A stretch of 64,000 nt of DNA from Bacillota bacterium. Lineage in GTDB: Bacteria > Bacillota > Clostridia > Christensenellales > UMGS416. Positions 28,317 through 38,406 of this stretch are shown here, piece by piece. A program made the translations under genes and the position numbers. The notes under the pieces are model-generated. The model ran no database searches, had not been told where the DNA came from, and saw only the letters and a program-made list of their open reading frames with translations. The stretch is taken from positions 9,514 to 73,513 of the forward strand of contig JAEZSC010000031.1 of assembly GCA_023422005.1 (NCBI GenBank), read 5' to 3'. The first letter of the stretch is position 1, and the number at the start of each line of letters is the position of its first letter.

Positions 28317-29923
28317 GGCATGTTACCCCTGCGATATTCGCTGGGCGTGCAGCCAGCTACTTTTTTGAAGACGAAGCTGAAGTAATGGGGATCCTTATAT
28401 CCCACCGCGCCGGCGATTTCGTTGGAACGCTTGTCCGTATGCCGGAGCAACCGCTTGGCCTCGCCAATCCGTTTGCCCGTAAGGTACTCCACGAATGTTT
28501 GACCGACTTCCTGGCTGAATATCGCCGAGAAATAGTTTGGGCTGATGTTCACATTTTTGGCGACCCTGTCCAGGGAGATGGACTCCTCCGGATAATGGGC
28601 ATCGATGAACCCGATGGCTTTGCTCAACAGTTCCCGTTGCTGGCGTTTGCTTTCGCTGTCGCGCAATTCGATGGTTTGCTTGATGACCTGGCAGGCATGC
28701 CTGTGGGCATCCTCAGGCGTGCAGGCAGCTTTGGGCCGCAGTTCCGCGGGCCAAAAACCATCCTTGCGGCAGCCGATGGAGTCTACATATTCTGCCGCCA
28801 CATAACATACCGTCATGGCCAAGTACCGGCAAAACAACGAAATGGGCACACCCTCGCCGACACCGCGCAGCAATTGGTCCACGAAATGCTCCGTTTCTTC
28901 CTTGGCCCCTCCGCTCAAAAAGCCGCGGATGCGCTCGTGGTCCAGCTCTCCCTCATCTGCACCGGCAGCGGAAGCGCTTTTCTTCTGGAAACTGCCGATG
29001 CTGGCTTCGGAAAGCACATGCTCCTGAGGGCAGAGATAACGATAGGACAGAATGCGGTTGGCCTCGGCGAAACAGGCCGGAAGCGCGCCCAGGCGGGGCA
29101 CAGGTGTGCCGCAGGCAATGTGCCAGTCCACATAGTTGCCGGCCAGTATGCAACGGTTGCGGATATTCTCCACACAATCCTGCATCATCCGGGTGATATC
29201 CTCCCGTTGGCCCTTGATGAGAACCGCGTAAGAGGTGACATTCCACCGGAACAGGATCAACTCCGGGCGGCTGACGATGTACTTGGTCACCTTATCCTGC
29301 ACCGCCGCCAGCACATCCGTATACCCTTCCGGAGTGCTGCCGTCGTATCCTGCGCTGCTCAGCGAAAAGAGCATCATATTGTAGAATGGAGCGTTCACAT
29401 CCACGCCCAAGGCCTGGGCTGTTTCGGTGATTTCGGACACGCTCATACCGCCGGTGACGATCCGTTCAAAGAACCGCCGCCGAGAGAATGTCTCATACTC
29501 CTGGGCTTCCCGCTGGAACCTGGTCAGGTATTCCTGCTGCTGCAGTTCCGCTTCCATTTTCTTTTGCAATGTGCTCAGGGTTTCGGCGATCTTATCCTTT
29601 ACGATGGGCTTGAGCAGATATTGCTCCACGCCCATGCGAATGGCCTGCTGGGCATAGGAAAAATCGTCATACCCGCTGATGATGATAATTTTAGTTCTGG
29701 GCAGTTCCTTGCGCACCACTTCAACCAATGCAAGCCCATCCATGAAGGGCATGCGTATATCGGTGATCAAAAGGTCGGGTTGTATCTGGCGAATCAAGGG
29801 CAGTGCCAGTTCACCGTCCGGCGCATCCCCGGCATACGAAAATCCATATTGCTCCCAGAAGATGTTATTGCGTATGCCTTCGCGTACGACGATTTCATCC
29901 TCAACAAGAAAGAGCTTGAACAT
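28313..29923 (-). CDS. Response regulator with AraC-type HTH output (YesN-like)
   Basis: Receiver domain (LLITDIRMPFMDG) and a C-terminal AraC HTH (SPNYFSAIFSQEVGQTF...GYKDPHYFSFVFKK). Confidence 0.92.
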   Translation of the reverse strand: MFKLFLVEDEIVVREGIRNNIFWEQYGFSYAGDAPDGELALPLIRQIQPDLLITDIRMPFMDGLALVEVVRKELPRTKIIIISGYDDFSYAQQAIRMGVEQYLLKPIVKDKIAETLSTLQKKMEAELQQQEYLTRFQREAQEYETFSRRRFFERIVTGGMSVSEITETAQALGVDVNAPFYNMMLFSLSSAGYDGSTPEGYTDVLAAVQDKVTKYIVSRPELILFRWNVTSYAVLIKGQREDITRMMQDCVENIRNRCILAGNYVDWHIACGTPVPRLGALPACFAEANRILSYRYLCPQEHVLSEASIGSFQKKSASAAGADEGELDHERIRGFLSGGAKEETEHFVDQLLRGVGEGVPISLFCRYLAMTVCYVAAEYVDSIGCRKDGFWPAELRPKAACTPEDAHRHACQVIKQTIELRDSESKRQQRELLSKAIGFIDAHYPEESISLDRVAKNVNISPNYFSAIFSQEVGQTFVEYLTGKRIGEAKRLLRHTDKRSNEIAGAVGYKDPHYFSFVFKKVAGCTPSEYRRGNMP

Positions 29924-30161
29924 CCTGGCTACCCCTTTTGATAGACTTGCCTATCTCTTTGCTGTGAGTACAAACCCCCTAATATTATGTATCCCAATAT
30001 GCGAATCAACAATAGAATATCTTATGATTTTGGTTCTTTTCTCAACGAGCATTGAGCCTAAATGTTTCAACAAAGAGGACACCTAAAATTATTGACATAC
30101 AATAATCCCCATGGTACACTTTGTAATAAATTATTGGAAAACGATAATTGGTGAGGTTTCT

Positions 30162-31190
30162 ATGAAACGCAGAACACTTTGGATGCTCCTTATACTCGAG
30201 GCAGGGGTATGCGTGCTGCTTCGCACGCACCAAGTGCCCATGACGATCGGTTCCACCTCCGTGCTGGCTTTTCCCTTTGAGCAGATTGGCCTGGGTTTGC
30301 GGGCGCTGTCCTTGTCCGGCGGGCTGGGCAATGTGGCCGCGTGCATACTCTATGCCGCCATCAGCCTGATTCCCGTGGCGGCTCTGGCTGTGCTCATGCT
30401 GCGGCGCAAGGCGCGGCCAGAGGATGGGCTGCTGGTGCTGCTGAGCGCGGCGCTGTTCGCGGTGCTCTATCTGATGGTCAACCCGGCCATCATCGGATCG
30501 CTGTTTGGTGCGTCTGCAGTGCCGTTGGTAGATCAGGTGATGCTGGGTGGCCTCGACCCCTCTCTGGGTGGCTCGGCAGCGCTTCCGGCAGGCAAGGCGA
30601 TACTGGGCACCACGGTGTACTCGGTGCTGGTGGGCTACCTGGTGCTGCGGGTTCTGCGGCTGTTCTTCGCCGGCAGCACGGAGAAATTGCAAAAGTACCT
30701 GGCCGCCTTGCTCTTCTGTATGAATCTGCTGTTCGTCTGGCTGGCCTTCGGTGTGGGCTTCAGCAAGATGATGGACTCCATACAGTCGCTTGGCGCGGGG
30801 AACACCGCCGGCGGGCAGCTGATGGGCATGAGCACCTTCGTTTTGGTGTTGCAGTTCCTCGTGGATGCCTTGCCGTATCTGCTGGATGTGCTGGTGGTGT
30901 TTGCAGCCCTGCGGCTGCTGGACGAACTGAAGGTGGATCGCTATTCCCCTGAAAGCGTGGAGGCAGCCGGGCGGCTTTCCCGGCTGTGCGGCGGGGCGCT
31001 GGCAGCCACGACACTCACCAATATGGCATTCAACCTCCTGCAGCTGCTGGTCAAGAGGTCGGCACTGGTGATCAACAGCAGCGTGGAAATTCCGGTATTC
31101 TCCATTGTCTTTGTGCTGGCCGTGCTGCTGTTCGCCCGATTCATCGCCCAGAGCAAGCAGCTCAAAGACGACAACGAGCTGTTTATTTGA
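30162..31190 (+). CDS. DUF2975-like polytopic membrane protein
   Basis: Multi-TM protein immediately upstream of a YozG-like small HTH gene, the usual DUF2975 context. Family call is from architecture. Confidence 0.5.
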   Translation: MKRRTLWMLLILEAGVCVLLRTHQVPMTIGSTSVLAFPFEQIGLGLRALSLSGGLGNVAACILYAAISLIPVAALAVLMLRRKARPEDGLLVLLSAALFAVLYLMVNPAIIGSLFGASAVPLVDQVMLGGLDPSLGGSAALPAGKAILGTTVYSVLVGYLVLRVLRLFFAGSTEKLQKYLAALLFCMNLLFVWLAFGVGFSKMMDSIQSLGAGNTAGGQLMGMSTFVLVLQFLVDALPYLLDVLVVFAALRLLDELKVDRYSPESVEAAGRLSRLCGGALAATTLTNMAFNLLQLLVKRSALVINSSVEIPVFSIVFVLAVLLFARFIAQSKQLKDDNELFI

Positions 31191-31200
31191 GGGGTGCACG

Positions 31201-31428
31201 ATGGCCATACGAGTCCATCTGGAAGATGTACTGAAAGCCCGAGGAATGACCTCCAAAGAGCTGTGCGGTCTGGTGGGCATCACCGAGGCGAACCTATCCA
31301 TACTGCGCAGCGGCAAGGCCAAGGGCGTGCGCTTCGGCACGATCAACAAGATATGCTGGCACCTGGGCTGTGATGTGGGAGATATCTTGAAATTTGATGG
31401 AAACCTGGAGGAAGACGATGAAGACTAG
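31201..31428 (+). CDS. Small Cro/C1-type HTH regulator (YozG-like)
   Basis: 75 aa; LEDVLKARGMTSKELCGLVGITEANLSILRSGKAKGVRFGTINKICWHLGCDVGDIL matches the YozG-type pattern. Confidence 0.8.
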   Translation: MAIRVHLEDVLKARGMTSKELCGLVGITEANLSILRSGKAKGVRFGTINKICWHLGCDVGDILKFDGNLEEDDED

Positions 31429-32323
31429 AGCCAATCATGCCCTCTGCTGCCTGATCATTTTGCTGCTGGGCACTCTGTCCGGCTGCCAGCTGGCCCAAAC
31501 GGACAAAGGCGCCGACGCGGCCCAGGACAGGTTGATCGGCGTGTTCGTCACCACCGGGCATCTAGACATGCAAGGGCGGCTGTACGCGACGCAGAAGAAA
31601 AGAACGGTAACCGACGAGACCGGTAAAACCATCGAGACCGATACGTATGCCTTTGAAGGCGTCACAGGGATGTTATACATCAATGCCATTGTGCCCGCGA
31701 CAGCAGCGATGGACAGCTACCATACCACGATAGCCGACGACGGGATCAGCGACAGAAAAACCAGCCTGGGCCTCGGGGATGTGGAAAACTCTACAGTGCT
31801 GGACGGAACAATATACGCCTCCATGGGGCGCGGTGAGGTCATCTTCTACTTCAACCCGGTATATCAGGATGGCATTGGCAGGGTTTATGCGACCGCCGGC
31901 ACAGGCTTGTCTTCCGGCAATATGCAATCGGATGGGGCGCAGTTCTCCCAAACCATGAATGCCACCCAGACGGTGACGGAAAATGGAAAGGCGAAGAAGG
32001 ACAGCATAACGATCAAGCTCAACATACAGATGATGAACCCACCCACGAAAGTCGCGATTCTGCGGATGGACGCCAACAACGCGGTGCTCTCCCGCGAGGA
32101 GTTCACCCCCAACGCGGTGCCAACGCAGATCACGCTGGAGCAAGCCACGGATTATATCGTCGTCGAGTCAACCCAAAGCAGCGCAGATGGCACCGAAAAG
32201 GTCACGCGCAAGCTGGTGGGCAAGGACGCCACAGCGTTGGAGAGCTTCTGGTGCCGGGATGACGGCATTTGCATAAAACAGAGCACGCAGGTGTTGTGGC
32301 CCGATGCTCAGCCTCTATCGTGA
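31418..32323 (+). CDS. Hypothetical lipoprotein
   Basis: Signal peptide with lipobox LSGC. 11-nt overlap with the HTH gene. No recognisable domain. Confidence 0.6.
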   Translation: MKTRANHALCCLIILLLGTLSGCQLAQTDKGADAAQDRLIGVFVTTGHLDMQGRLYATQKKRTVTDETGKTIETDTYAFEGVTGMLYINAIVPATAAMDSYHTTIADDGISDRKTSLGLGDVENSTVLDGTIYASMGRGEVIFYFNPVYQDGIGRVYATAGTGLSSGNMQSDGAQFSQTMNATQTVTENGKAKKDSITIKLNIQMMNPPTKVAILRMDANNAVLSREEFTPNAVPTQITLEQATDYIVVESTQSSADGTEKVTRKLVGKDATALESFWCRDDGICIKQSTQVLWPDAQPLS

Positions 32324-32415
32324 GGACCGTCGGCAGCCAACCCTACGGAGATGGCGCCTCCTCCTTGTCGCGGGCAGAGTGGCTTCGCGGCACAGCGGCC
32401 GAGGCGACGGACTTC

Positions 32416-34158
32416 TTAGTCCAGGGCGCTCTGCAGCGCATAGAGCTGCGCATACTGCCCCGACTGACCAAGCAGCTCACGGTGGGTGCCGCTTTCAACA
32501 ACCTGGCCGTTCTCCATGAATAGGATCCAGTCCGCGTTGACGATCGTCGAAAGGCGGTGGGCTACGATGATCGTCGTACGCCCCTTCATCAGGCGGCCCA
32601 ATGCGTCCGTGATGCGCTTTTCCGACGTGCTGTCCAGCGAAGCGGTCACCTCATCCAGCAGCAGCACCGGCGCGTTCTTGAGCATGGCTCTGGCGATGGC
32701 GATCCTTTGACGCTGCCCTCCGGACAGCTTCACGCCGTTTTCACCGACCGGTGTGTGATATCCCTGGGCCAACTCCTGCACAAAGCTATCCACGTCAGCA
32801 GCCTTGGCGGCTTCAAGGACCTGTTGGTCAGAGGCTTCCAGGTTGCCCATGCGGATGTTCTCCAGTATAGACCCATCGAACAGCGGGCATTCCTGCGGCA
32901 CATAGGCCGACAGGCCGCGCAACTGAGGCAGCTTCATATCCCGCACTTCCAGCCCGCCGATGGTCAGGCTGCCCGTGTAGCCGTCGATACCCATCAACAG
33001 ACGCAGCAGCGTGCTCTTACCGCTGCCGCTATAGCCGGCGATGCCGCAAGTCTGCCCGCTGGGCACAGCGAAGTTGACATCTCGGAGGGTTTCCTTCCCG
33101 TCGTCATAGCGGAAGCTCAGGGTCCTTGCCTCCACCGCAATATTTTCCAGTTGCACCGCCGTGCCATCGGATTGGGTATCTTCCTCCGCCTGATCCAGGA
33201 TCTCCGATACACGGCGGGCGCCGGCAAGGCTTTCCTGCAGGTCGATGAGGATCCAGCCGATGCCGGCGATGGGCCCTACGACCGTCGCGCCCACCTGGAT
33301 CAGCACAGGCAGCATTGCGATGCCTATATCCCCCTGGCTGTAGAGCACAAGACCCAGGCCGATGCTGCAGGCCGCCGTCAGGCCGGCGTTGACCTGATTG
33401 AGACCGTAATAAGTAGCCGAGAGGTTTAGCGCGGACATCGCCTTTGAAAACAGCTGCCGGCAGGAATCGGTGAAACGCTGCATGAGCCCCGTGTCCTCGC
33501 CGTAGATGCGAACCAGCTGAGAACCGGCCAGCAGATCGCTCATATAAGAAACCGTAGTCCCTCTTTGACTCTGCTTCGCGCGCCAGCGCGCTTCGCTCTT
33601 GTTCACAAGCGGCAGATTGATCGCCATCATCAGCAGCCCCACCCCGATCAACGCCAGCGCGATGCGCCAATCGATCAGCCACACGGTCACGATGCCCAAC
33701 ACCACAGAGATGGCCGAACCGGCCAGTGAGGACATCAAGTATTCCAAGGTATTGGCGCACAAGCTGGCGTCGCTGTCCAACCGGGACAAGTTGTCGCCGG
33801 TATGGGCCTTGCTCGTTACGCGATAGGGAAGGTTGATCATGTGGGCGAATAACCTGCCCTTAAGCCGGTTGGTCGCCCGCAGCGTGGCATCCTTGAAAAT
33901 ATAGTTGCCTATGGCTCCCGCCACGAGGTTTAGCGCGATGAGCGCTGACCACTTCAACGCTTCGGACAGCACACCGCCATACTGACCCAGCTTTGCATAC
34001 TGGATCATACCGCCCATGATAAGGCCGATCAGCAGAGAGTTAAAATAGTTCGACGCCGCGCCCAGAATCAAACCAGCTACATATTTGTTCTTCCACTGTG
34101 CAACATGAGCAAGGATGTTCCTCACGTACCGGTAATCCCGCCGGAAGCTCTTTATCAT
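32416..34158 (-). CDS. ABC exporter, fused permease/ATPase (MsbA/MdlB-like), subunit 2
   Basis: 6-TM domain plus an NBD with GYSGSGKST, LSGGQRQR and LLLDE. Confidence 0.92.
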   Translation of the reverse strand: MIKSFRRDYRYVRNILAHVAQWKNKYVAGLILGAASNYFNSLLIGLIMGGMIQYAKLGQYGGVLSEALKWSALIALNLVAGAIGNYIFKDATLRATNRLKGRLFAHMINLPYRVTSKAHTGDNLSRLDSDASLCANTLEYLMSSLAGSAISVVLGIVTVWLIDWRIALALIGVGLLMMAINLPLVNKSEARWRAKQSQRGTTVSYMSDLLAGSQLVRIYGEDTGLMQRFTDSCRQLFSKAMSALNLSATYYGLNQVNAGLTAACSIGLGLVLYSQGDIGIAMLPVLIQVGATVVGPIAGIGWILIDLQESLAGARRVSEILDQAEEDTQSDGTAVQLENIAVEARTLSFRYDDGKETLRDVNFAVPSGQTCGIAGYSGSGKSTLLRLLMGIDGYTGSLTIGGLEVRDMKLPQLRGLSAYVPQECPLFDGSILENIRMGNLEASDQQVLEAAKAADVDSFVQELAQGYHTPVGENGVKLSGGQRQRIAIARAMLKNAPVLLLDEVTASLDSTSEKRITDALGRLMKGRTTIIVAHRLSTIVNADWILFMENGQVVESGTHRELLGQSGQYAQLYALQSALD

Positions 34159-35888
34159 ATTGCGACACCATCCCTTTCCAGCATCTGCTGCTGATATAGG
34201 CTCCTGTACAGCGGACTCTCCCGAATCAGATGGTCATGGGTTCCCTGGGTGACGATGGCGCCGTCCTGGATCACGAGGATACGATCCGCATGGCGGATCG
34301 TGGACAGGCGATGGGCAACGACCAACGTCGTGCGGCCTTCCATGAGCCGCTCCATACTCTGCTGCACGATGCGCTCGGCGGCAGCGTCCAGCGCGGAGGT
34401 GGGCTCATCAAGCAGCAGCACCGGCGCATCCTTGAGCATCGCCCTGGCGATGCTCAGCCGCTGGCGCTCGCCACCGGATACTTGTATGCCCCGCTCTCCT
34501 ACCTGTGCATCCAGACCTCGCTCCGTCACAAAGGCCAATATTCCAGCCCGCTCACAGGCCAGCAGCAGTTGCTCGTCGGTGGCTTTGTTATTGGCGGCCA
34601 GCAGGTTGTCCCGGATGCTGCCGGGGAACAGGTAGCTATCCTGTGAGACCAGCGCCAATTGGCCGCGCAGCGGGCCCAGTGCCCAGGCATTCACAGCGCC
34701 GCCCATGACCCTCACCTCTCCGCTGTCCGCCTCCAGAAATCCGCAGATCAGCTTGAGTATCGTGCTTTTGCCGCAACCGCTTGCTCCCACCAGCGCCACG
34801 GTTTCGCCGCGACGCACATGGAACGAGATGCCCTTAAGAAGTGGCGGATTGTCCGGATAGCCGAACGTGACGTTTTCAAAGGCGATTACGTCACCGCTGT
34901 CGTCTGGCTGGCTGAAAAGACCTCCCTGTTCCTCGGGCAGGTCCAGATAGTCATAGATGCGGGTGCAGGCGCCTAAGGCACGCTGAACGATGGAAAAAAC
35001 GTTGGGGACTTGCGTCAGCCAATAGACCAGCCCATAGCCTACCATCGTTAGCGACAGCAACTGCCCGGCACTCAGCGTGCCTTGTGCCACGCGCAACGCA
35101 CCCAGCACCAGCATGACAACCATCGGCACCATACCCAGCGCTGTGCCGCCGGCATTCATCTGCACCGTGGCTCTCTGGGAACGCATATCCGCCCGCATCG
35201 CCTCTTTCAGCGATATCTGATAGCGCTCATTGACGAACTTTTCCAAGCGGAAGGACTTGATGACGACCGGTGAACTCAATCCCTCCTGCGCCATCTGCTG
35301 AGCGCGGCCCAGTGCATTACGCTTGCTTTCCTCGTTTTTCCTGATCGGCTTGGTGATGCGCAGGCTGAAAGGCAGCACCAGCAAAGACACGCCCATCAGG
35401 ATCGCTGTCAGTGGAAGATCGATGATGACCATAAACCATGCAGTGCACAAAATAATCGTCGCCAATGTCGTGATCGTCGACAGCCCGGAGCCGGCAAAGC
35501 TGTAGATCGAGTTCAGCTCATCACCCAGATGGCTCATGATGTCACCGCTGCGCTGTTCCTCCAACGCGGGTATGGACAACCGCCTGGACTTCTCCCCGAT
35601 GCGGATGCGCAGCTTCATGTTGACCAGTTCGGACATGCGAAACTTCGTCAGCATGGAGATGGTGTGGAAGGGCGCCGCTGCCAGCGGCGCTGCGACCAGC
35701 AGCCATAGCTTACTCCAGAAGAGCCCACCGGAAGCGGCGTCCATAACCTGGCCGGTCAGAGCGCGCATCCAAATGTCCAGTACCAGATAGGCGATTGTGG
35801 ACAAAATGCTGCCCAGATACAGGGGCCACTCGTCCAATACCTCCGCCATTAAACGCCATAAGGGTCTGCGTTTCGCTTTTGTTTTCAT
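34155..35888 (-). CDS. ABC exporter, fused permease/ATPase, subunit 1
   Basis: 6-TM domain plus an NBD with GASGCGKST, VSGGERQR and LLLDE. 4-nt overlap with the partner suggests a heterodimer. Confidence 0.92.
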   Translation of the reverse strand: MKTKAKRRPLWRLMAEVLDEWPLYLGSILSTIAYLVLDIWMRALTGQVMDAASGGLFWSKLWLLVAAPLAAAPFHTISMLTKFRMSELVNMKLRIRIGEKSRRLSIPALEEQRSGDIMSHLGDELNSIYSFAGSGLSTITTLATIILCTAWFMVIIDLPLTAILMGVSLLVLPFSLRITKPIRKNEESKRNALGRAQQMAQEGLSSPVVIKSFRLEKFVNERYQISLKEAMRADMRSQRATVQMNAGGTALGMVPMVVMLVLGALRVAQGTLSAGQLLSLTMVGYGLVYWLTQVPNVFSIVQRALGACTRIYDYLDLPEEQGGLFSQPDDSGDVIAFENVTFGYPDNPPLLKGISFHVRRGETVALVGASGCGKSTILKLICGFLEADSGEVRVMGGAVNAWALGPLRGQLALVSQDSYLFPGSIRDNLLAANNKATDEQLLLACERAGILAFVTERGLDAQVGERGIQVSGGERQRLSIARAMLKDAPVLLLDEPTSALDAAAERIVQQSMERLMEGRTTLVVAHRLSTIRHADRILVIQDGAIVTQGTHDHLIRESPLYRSLYQQQMLERDGVAI

Positions 35889-36233
35889 CAGAAATCACCT
35901 CATGTCGGGTTAGGCTGTATAGCCATCGGCTCAACGCCTGCATCGGTGGCAACTTTATTATTGTGCTTGAAAATACATGTAAGAATAGCTCTTGCGGCTT
36001 ATCCCAGGCTTAAAACGGTTTGTTCTGCTGGCTGAAATTTTTGAGCATAGTATCCTGGAAATTATTGCAGAAGAGTAGTATACAAAAAGAAAAAGAACAT
36101 GTAAAGAAGGGATTTCTCATACCAAACCTTGCGCGGCGGTCGGTTTGGTGAAGACGTGACTGGCTAAGCCCAACGGATTGTTCCTATTCATTTGTTTGAA
36201 CGAGTTGGCTGGCCAATCTTCCGCATCGTAAAA

Positions 36234-37385
36234 TCACAGCACGCCTGCGATCACTGTATTCAGATAATTGTCGAATTTCCGCACCAAGATGCCGTCGCCG
36301 AAATCCATGGACACCATCATGCAGGTCGCCACAACCTCGTACACGGGGTCGATAAACAGCATTGTGCAGCCCGCGCCGCCGTGGGAAAACGCTTGCGGAG
36401 AACGCAGCGTACCCGTTTCATCGGTCTTGTCCAGGGACAGGCCGAACGGCAGGCCCCAACCGGATTCCTTGAACACCTTGTCCCCATAATGGGAAATGAT
36501 GCCTTTCGTCTGGTTCCTCGTCATGGCATCGACGGAAGCCCGGCTTAAAAACCGCCTGTCGTTATGCATCCCCTTATCGAGGAACATCTGCCCCATCAGC
36601 GCCAGGTCATAGGCCGTGGAATAAGCACCGCCGCTGGCGGATTGGTTCTTTCGGTGATCCAATCCGTTCAGGCTCTTGAAGATTGCGTTTTCCGGGTAAA
36701 CGATTATCCTGCCGTCCAGTTCATCCGGCACGGAAAGGTAGGAATCATTCATTGCTAGAGGGCCGAAAATCCGCTCCCTAAAGAACGCGTCCAAAGACAT
36801 ACCGCTCACACGCACGACGATCTCGCCTGCAATCCCTATCCCGAAACCGGAATAAGACATTTCCTCACCAGGCGCTTTCCACAGCGGAGCGGAGCAACCC
36901 ATGTAGAAGTATTTGCCCAGGTGCGGGTGCAGCCTGGCATACTCCTCGGGAATCTGTGTGCTTTCAAAGTCCGGTTTTATATGATTCCAGAGATCTTCAT
37001 CCCGTATGCCGGACGTGTGTGTCAGCAGGTGATGAATCAACACCTGGTTCTTCCCGTCACCCTTGAACTCCGGAATGAATTCCTGGACTGGGCGCGTGGG
37101 GCTGACCAACCCTTCCTCGGTCAGCAGGAAAATCGCAATACCTGTTAACACCTTCGTGATGGACGCAATGGGGAAGATCGTGTCCGGCTGCAGCAACTCG
37201 GGCGGATCGCCGGGCACGCGCAAACCCTTGGCGCCATAGGCGAAAATCACACCTCTGTGAGCGGCAAGGTAAGCAACAGAAGTTGTAAATCCGGTGTCGA
37301 TCCACCTGCATGCAAGCCTGTCAAGCTTCTCCGCCGTGCCTGGGTGTATTCCTGCCTGTTGCTCGGTACCAAAATGCAGCTTCAT
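36234..37385 (-). CDS. Serine hydrolase, class C beta-lactamase/PBP4*-like family
   Basis: SxxK motif (ASITK) near the N-terminus; ~380 aa beta-lactamase-fold pattern. Confidence 0.8.
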   Translation of the reverse strand: MKLHFGTEQQAGIHPGTAEKLDRLACRWIDTGFTTSVAYLAAHRGVIFAYGAKGLRVPGDPPELLQPDTIFPIASITKVLTGIAIFLLTEEGLVSPTRPVQEFIPEFKGDGKNQVLIHHLLTHTSGIRDEDLWNHIKPDFESTQIPEEYARLHPHLGKYFYMGCSAPLWKAPGEEMSYSGFGIGIAGEIVVRVSGMSLDAFFRERIFGPLAMNDSYLSVPDELDGRIIVYPENAIFKSLNGLDHRKNQSASGGAYSTAYDLALMGQMFLDKGMHNDRRFLSRASVDAMTRNQTKGIISHYGDKVFKESGWGLPFGLSLDKTDETGTLRSPQAFSHGGAGCTMLFIDPVYEVVATCMMVSMDFGDGILVRKFDNYLNTVIAGVL

Positions 37386-37554
37386 ACTGTGCCGCTCCTT
37401 CCGATTACCTTTTCCGCCGAATGCTGACCTTCCCCAGCCTTTACACCAGCCGGCAGATCACCTTTAGCAGGGAAGCTCAATCGACATAATTATAACCATT
37501 ATGTATAGTTGAGACAATAGAAATAACACAATATAAGGAGACACAGTATTGTGA

Positions 37555-38136
37555 TTAACCATCGAGTTTATCACGGAGTCTTTTTACTTTAGTATCCAAA
37601 GTTTCCACGTCCCACTGTATAAACGCCACCCCATACTTCCCCACGAGGTCCACGAGTTTTGCGTTCCATGCCCCATAGGGTGCGCGGAAGATCATCGGCC
37701 TTTTTCCCGTAATCCTCTCAATGGTGTCGTCGGTCTTCTTGAGTTCTTCCATTACCTCATTGTCGGGCAGCTTTGTCAGGTCCTTATGGGTGTAACCATG
37801 GCTGCCGATCTCGTGTCCGCGGTTAGCGATTTCCCGGAGCATGTCCGCGTTTTTGTTGGCCCACATGCCGGTTACAAAAAAGGTCGCCTTGATGCCCGCG
37901 TCGTCCAGCGCATCCAGTATGGCGATGGTCTTGTCGGTGCCCCAAGCGGCGTCAAAGGTGATGGCAACCTGCATGTTTTTGGTGTTGACACTATAGATCG
38001 GTATATCATCCTTGGGCGCGAACGCCGACGCGGCGTCGGGCCGCAGCGCCAACACCACGATCAGCACCACGACCAGCGCCGCCGCCACGATGCCCCAGCG
38101 GACCAATTGCTCCTTGGTGATCAATAAAATTCGCAT
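37555..38136 (-). pseudogene. N-terminal fragment (~177 codons) of the split PdaB-like polysaccharide deacetylase, plus 16 island-encoded codons
   Basis: TM anchor, ITFDAAWG, HEIGSHGYTH and RAPYG NodB motifs. Homology ends at ...IQWDV at the junction (37606/37607), and the frame then runs into ETLDTKVKRLRDKLDG-stop. Confidence 0.85.
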
Positions 38137-38406
38137 GCGCTTCCCTCCCAGTCAATCCTATGCACACAAGCACGTTGACAGAAGGAAATGTACCCGCCAA
38201 CTGCTGACCTGCGGCCGGTGTTCTTCGAACTGCAGAATTGAACCCAATGACGCGACGCATACTATTCGGGAATCCAGGATGAGCGGTCAGTTCAGCTAGC
38301 GGCAGCGTTAATCCAAATGGGTCAATGTTCACATTGGCGCGTTTGGAAAACGCTTTTTTCTTTTTTTCCGGCGAAACGAAAGTCATGAACGAACCAATGA
38401 GAAGGA

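Noticed and set aside
35889-36233. AT-rich 345-nt spacer between the serine hydrolase and the ABC exporter operon, with hairpin ACCAAACC…GGTTTGGT; examined for an sRNA or riboswitch.
   Set aside because: I found no recognisable conserved RNA motif and no convincing promoter and terminator pair. It is most simply the exporter promoter region plus the hydrolase terminator.
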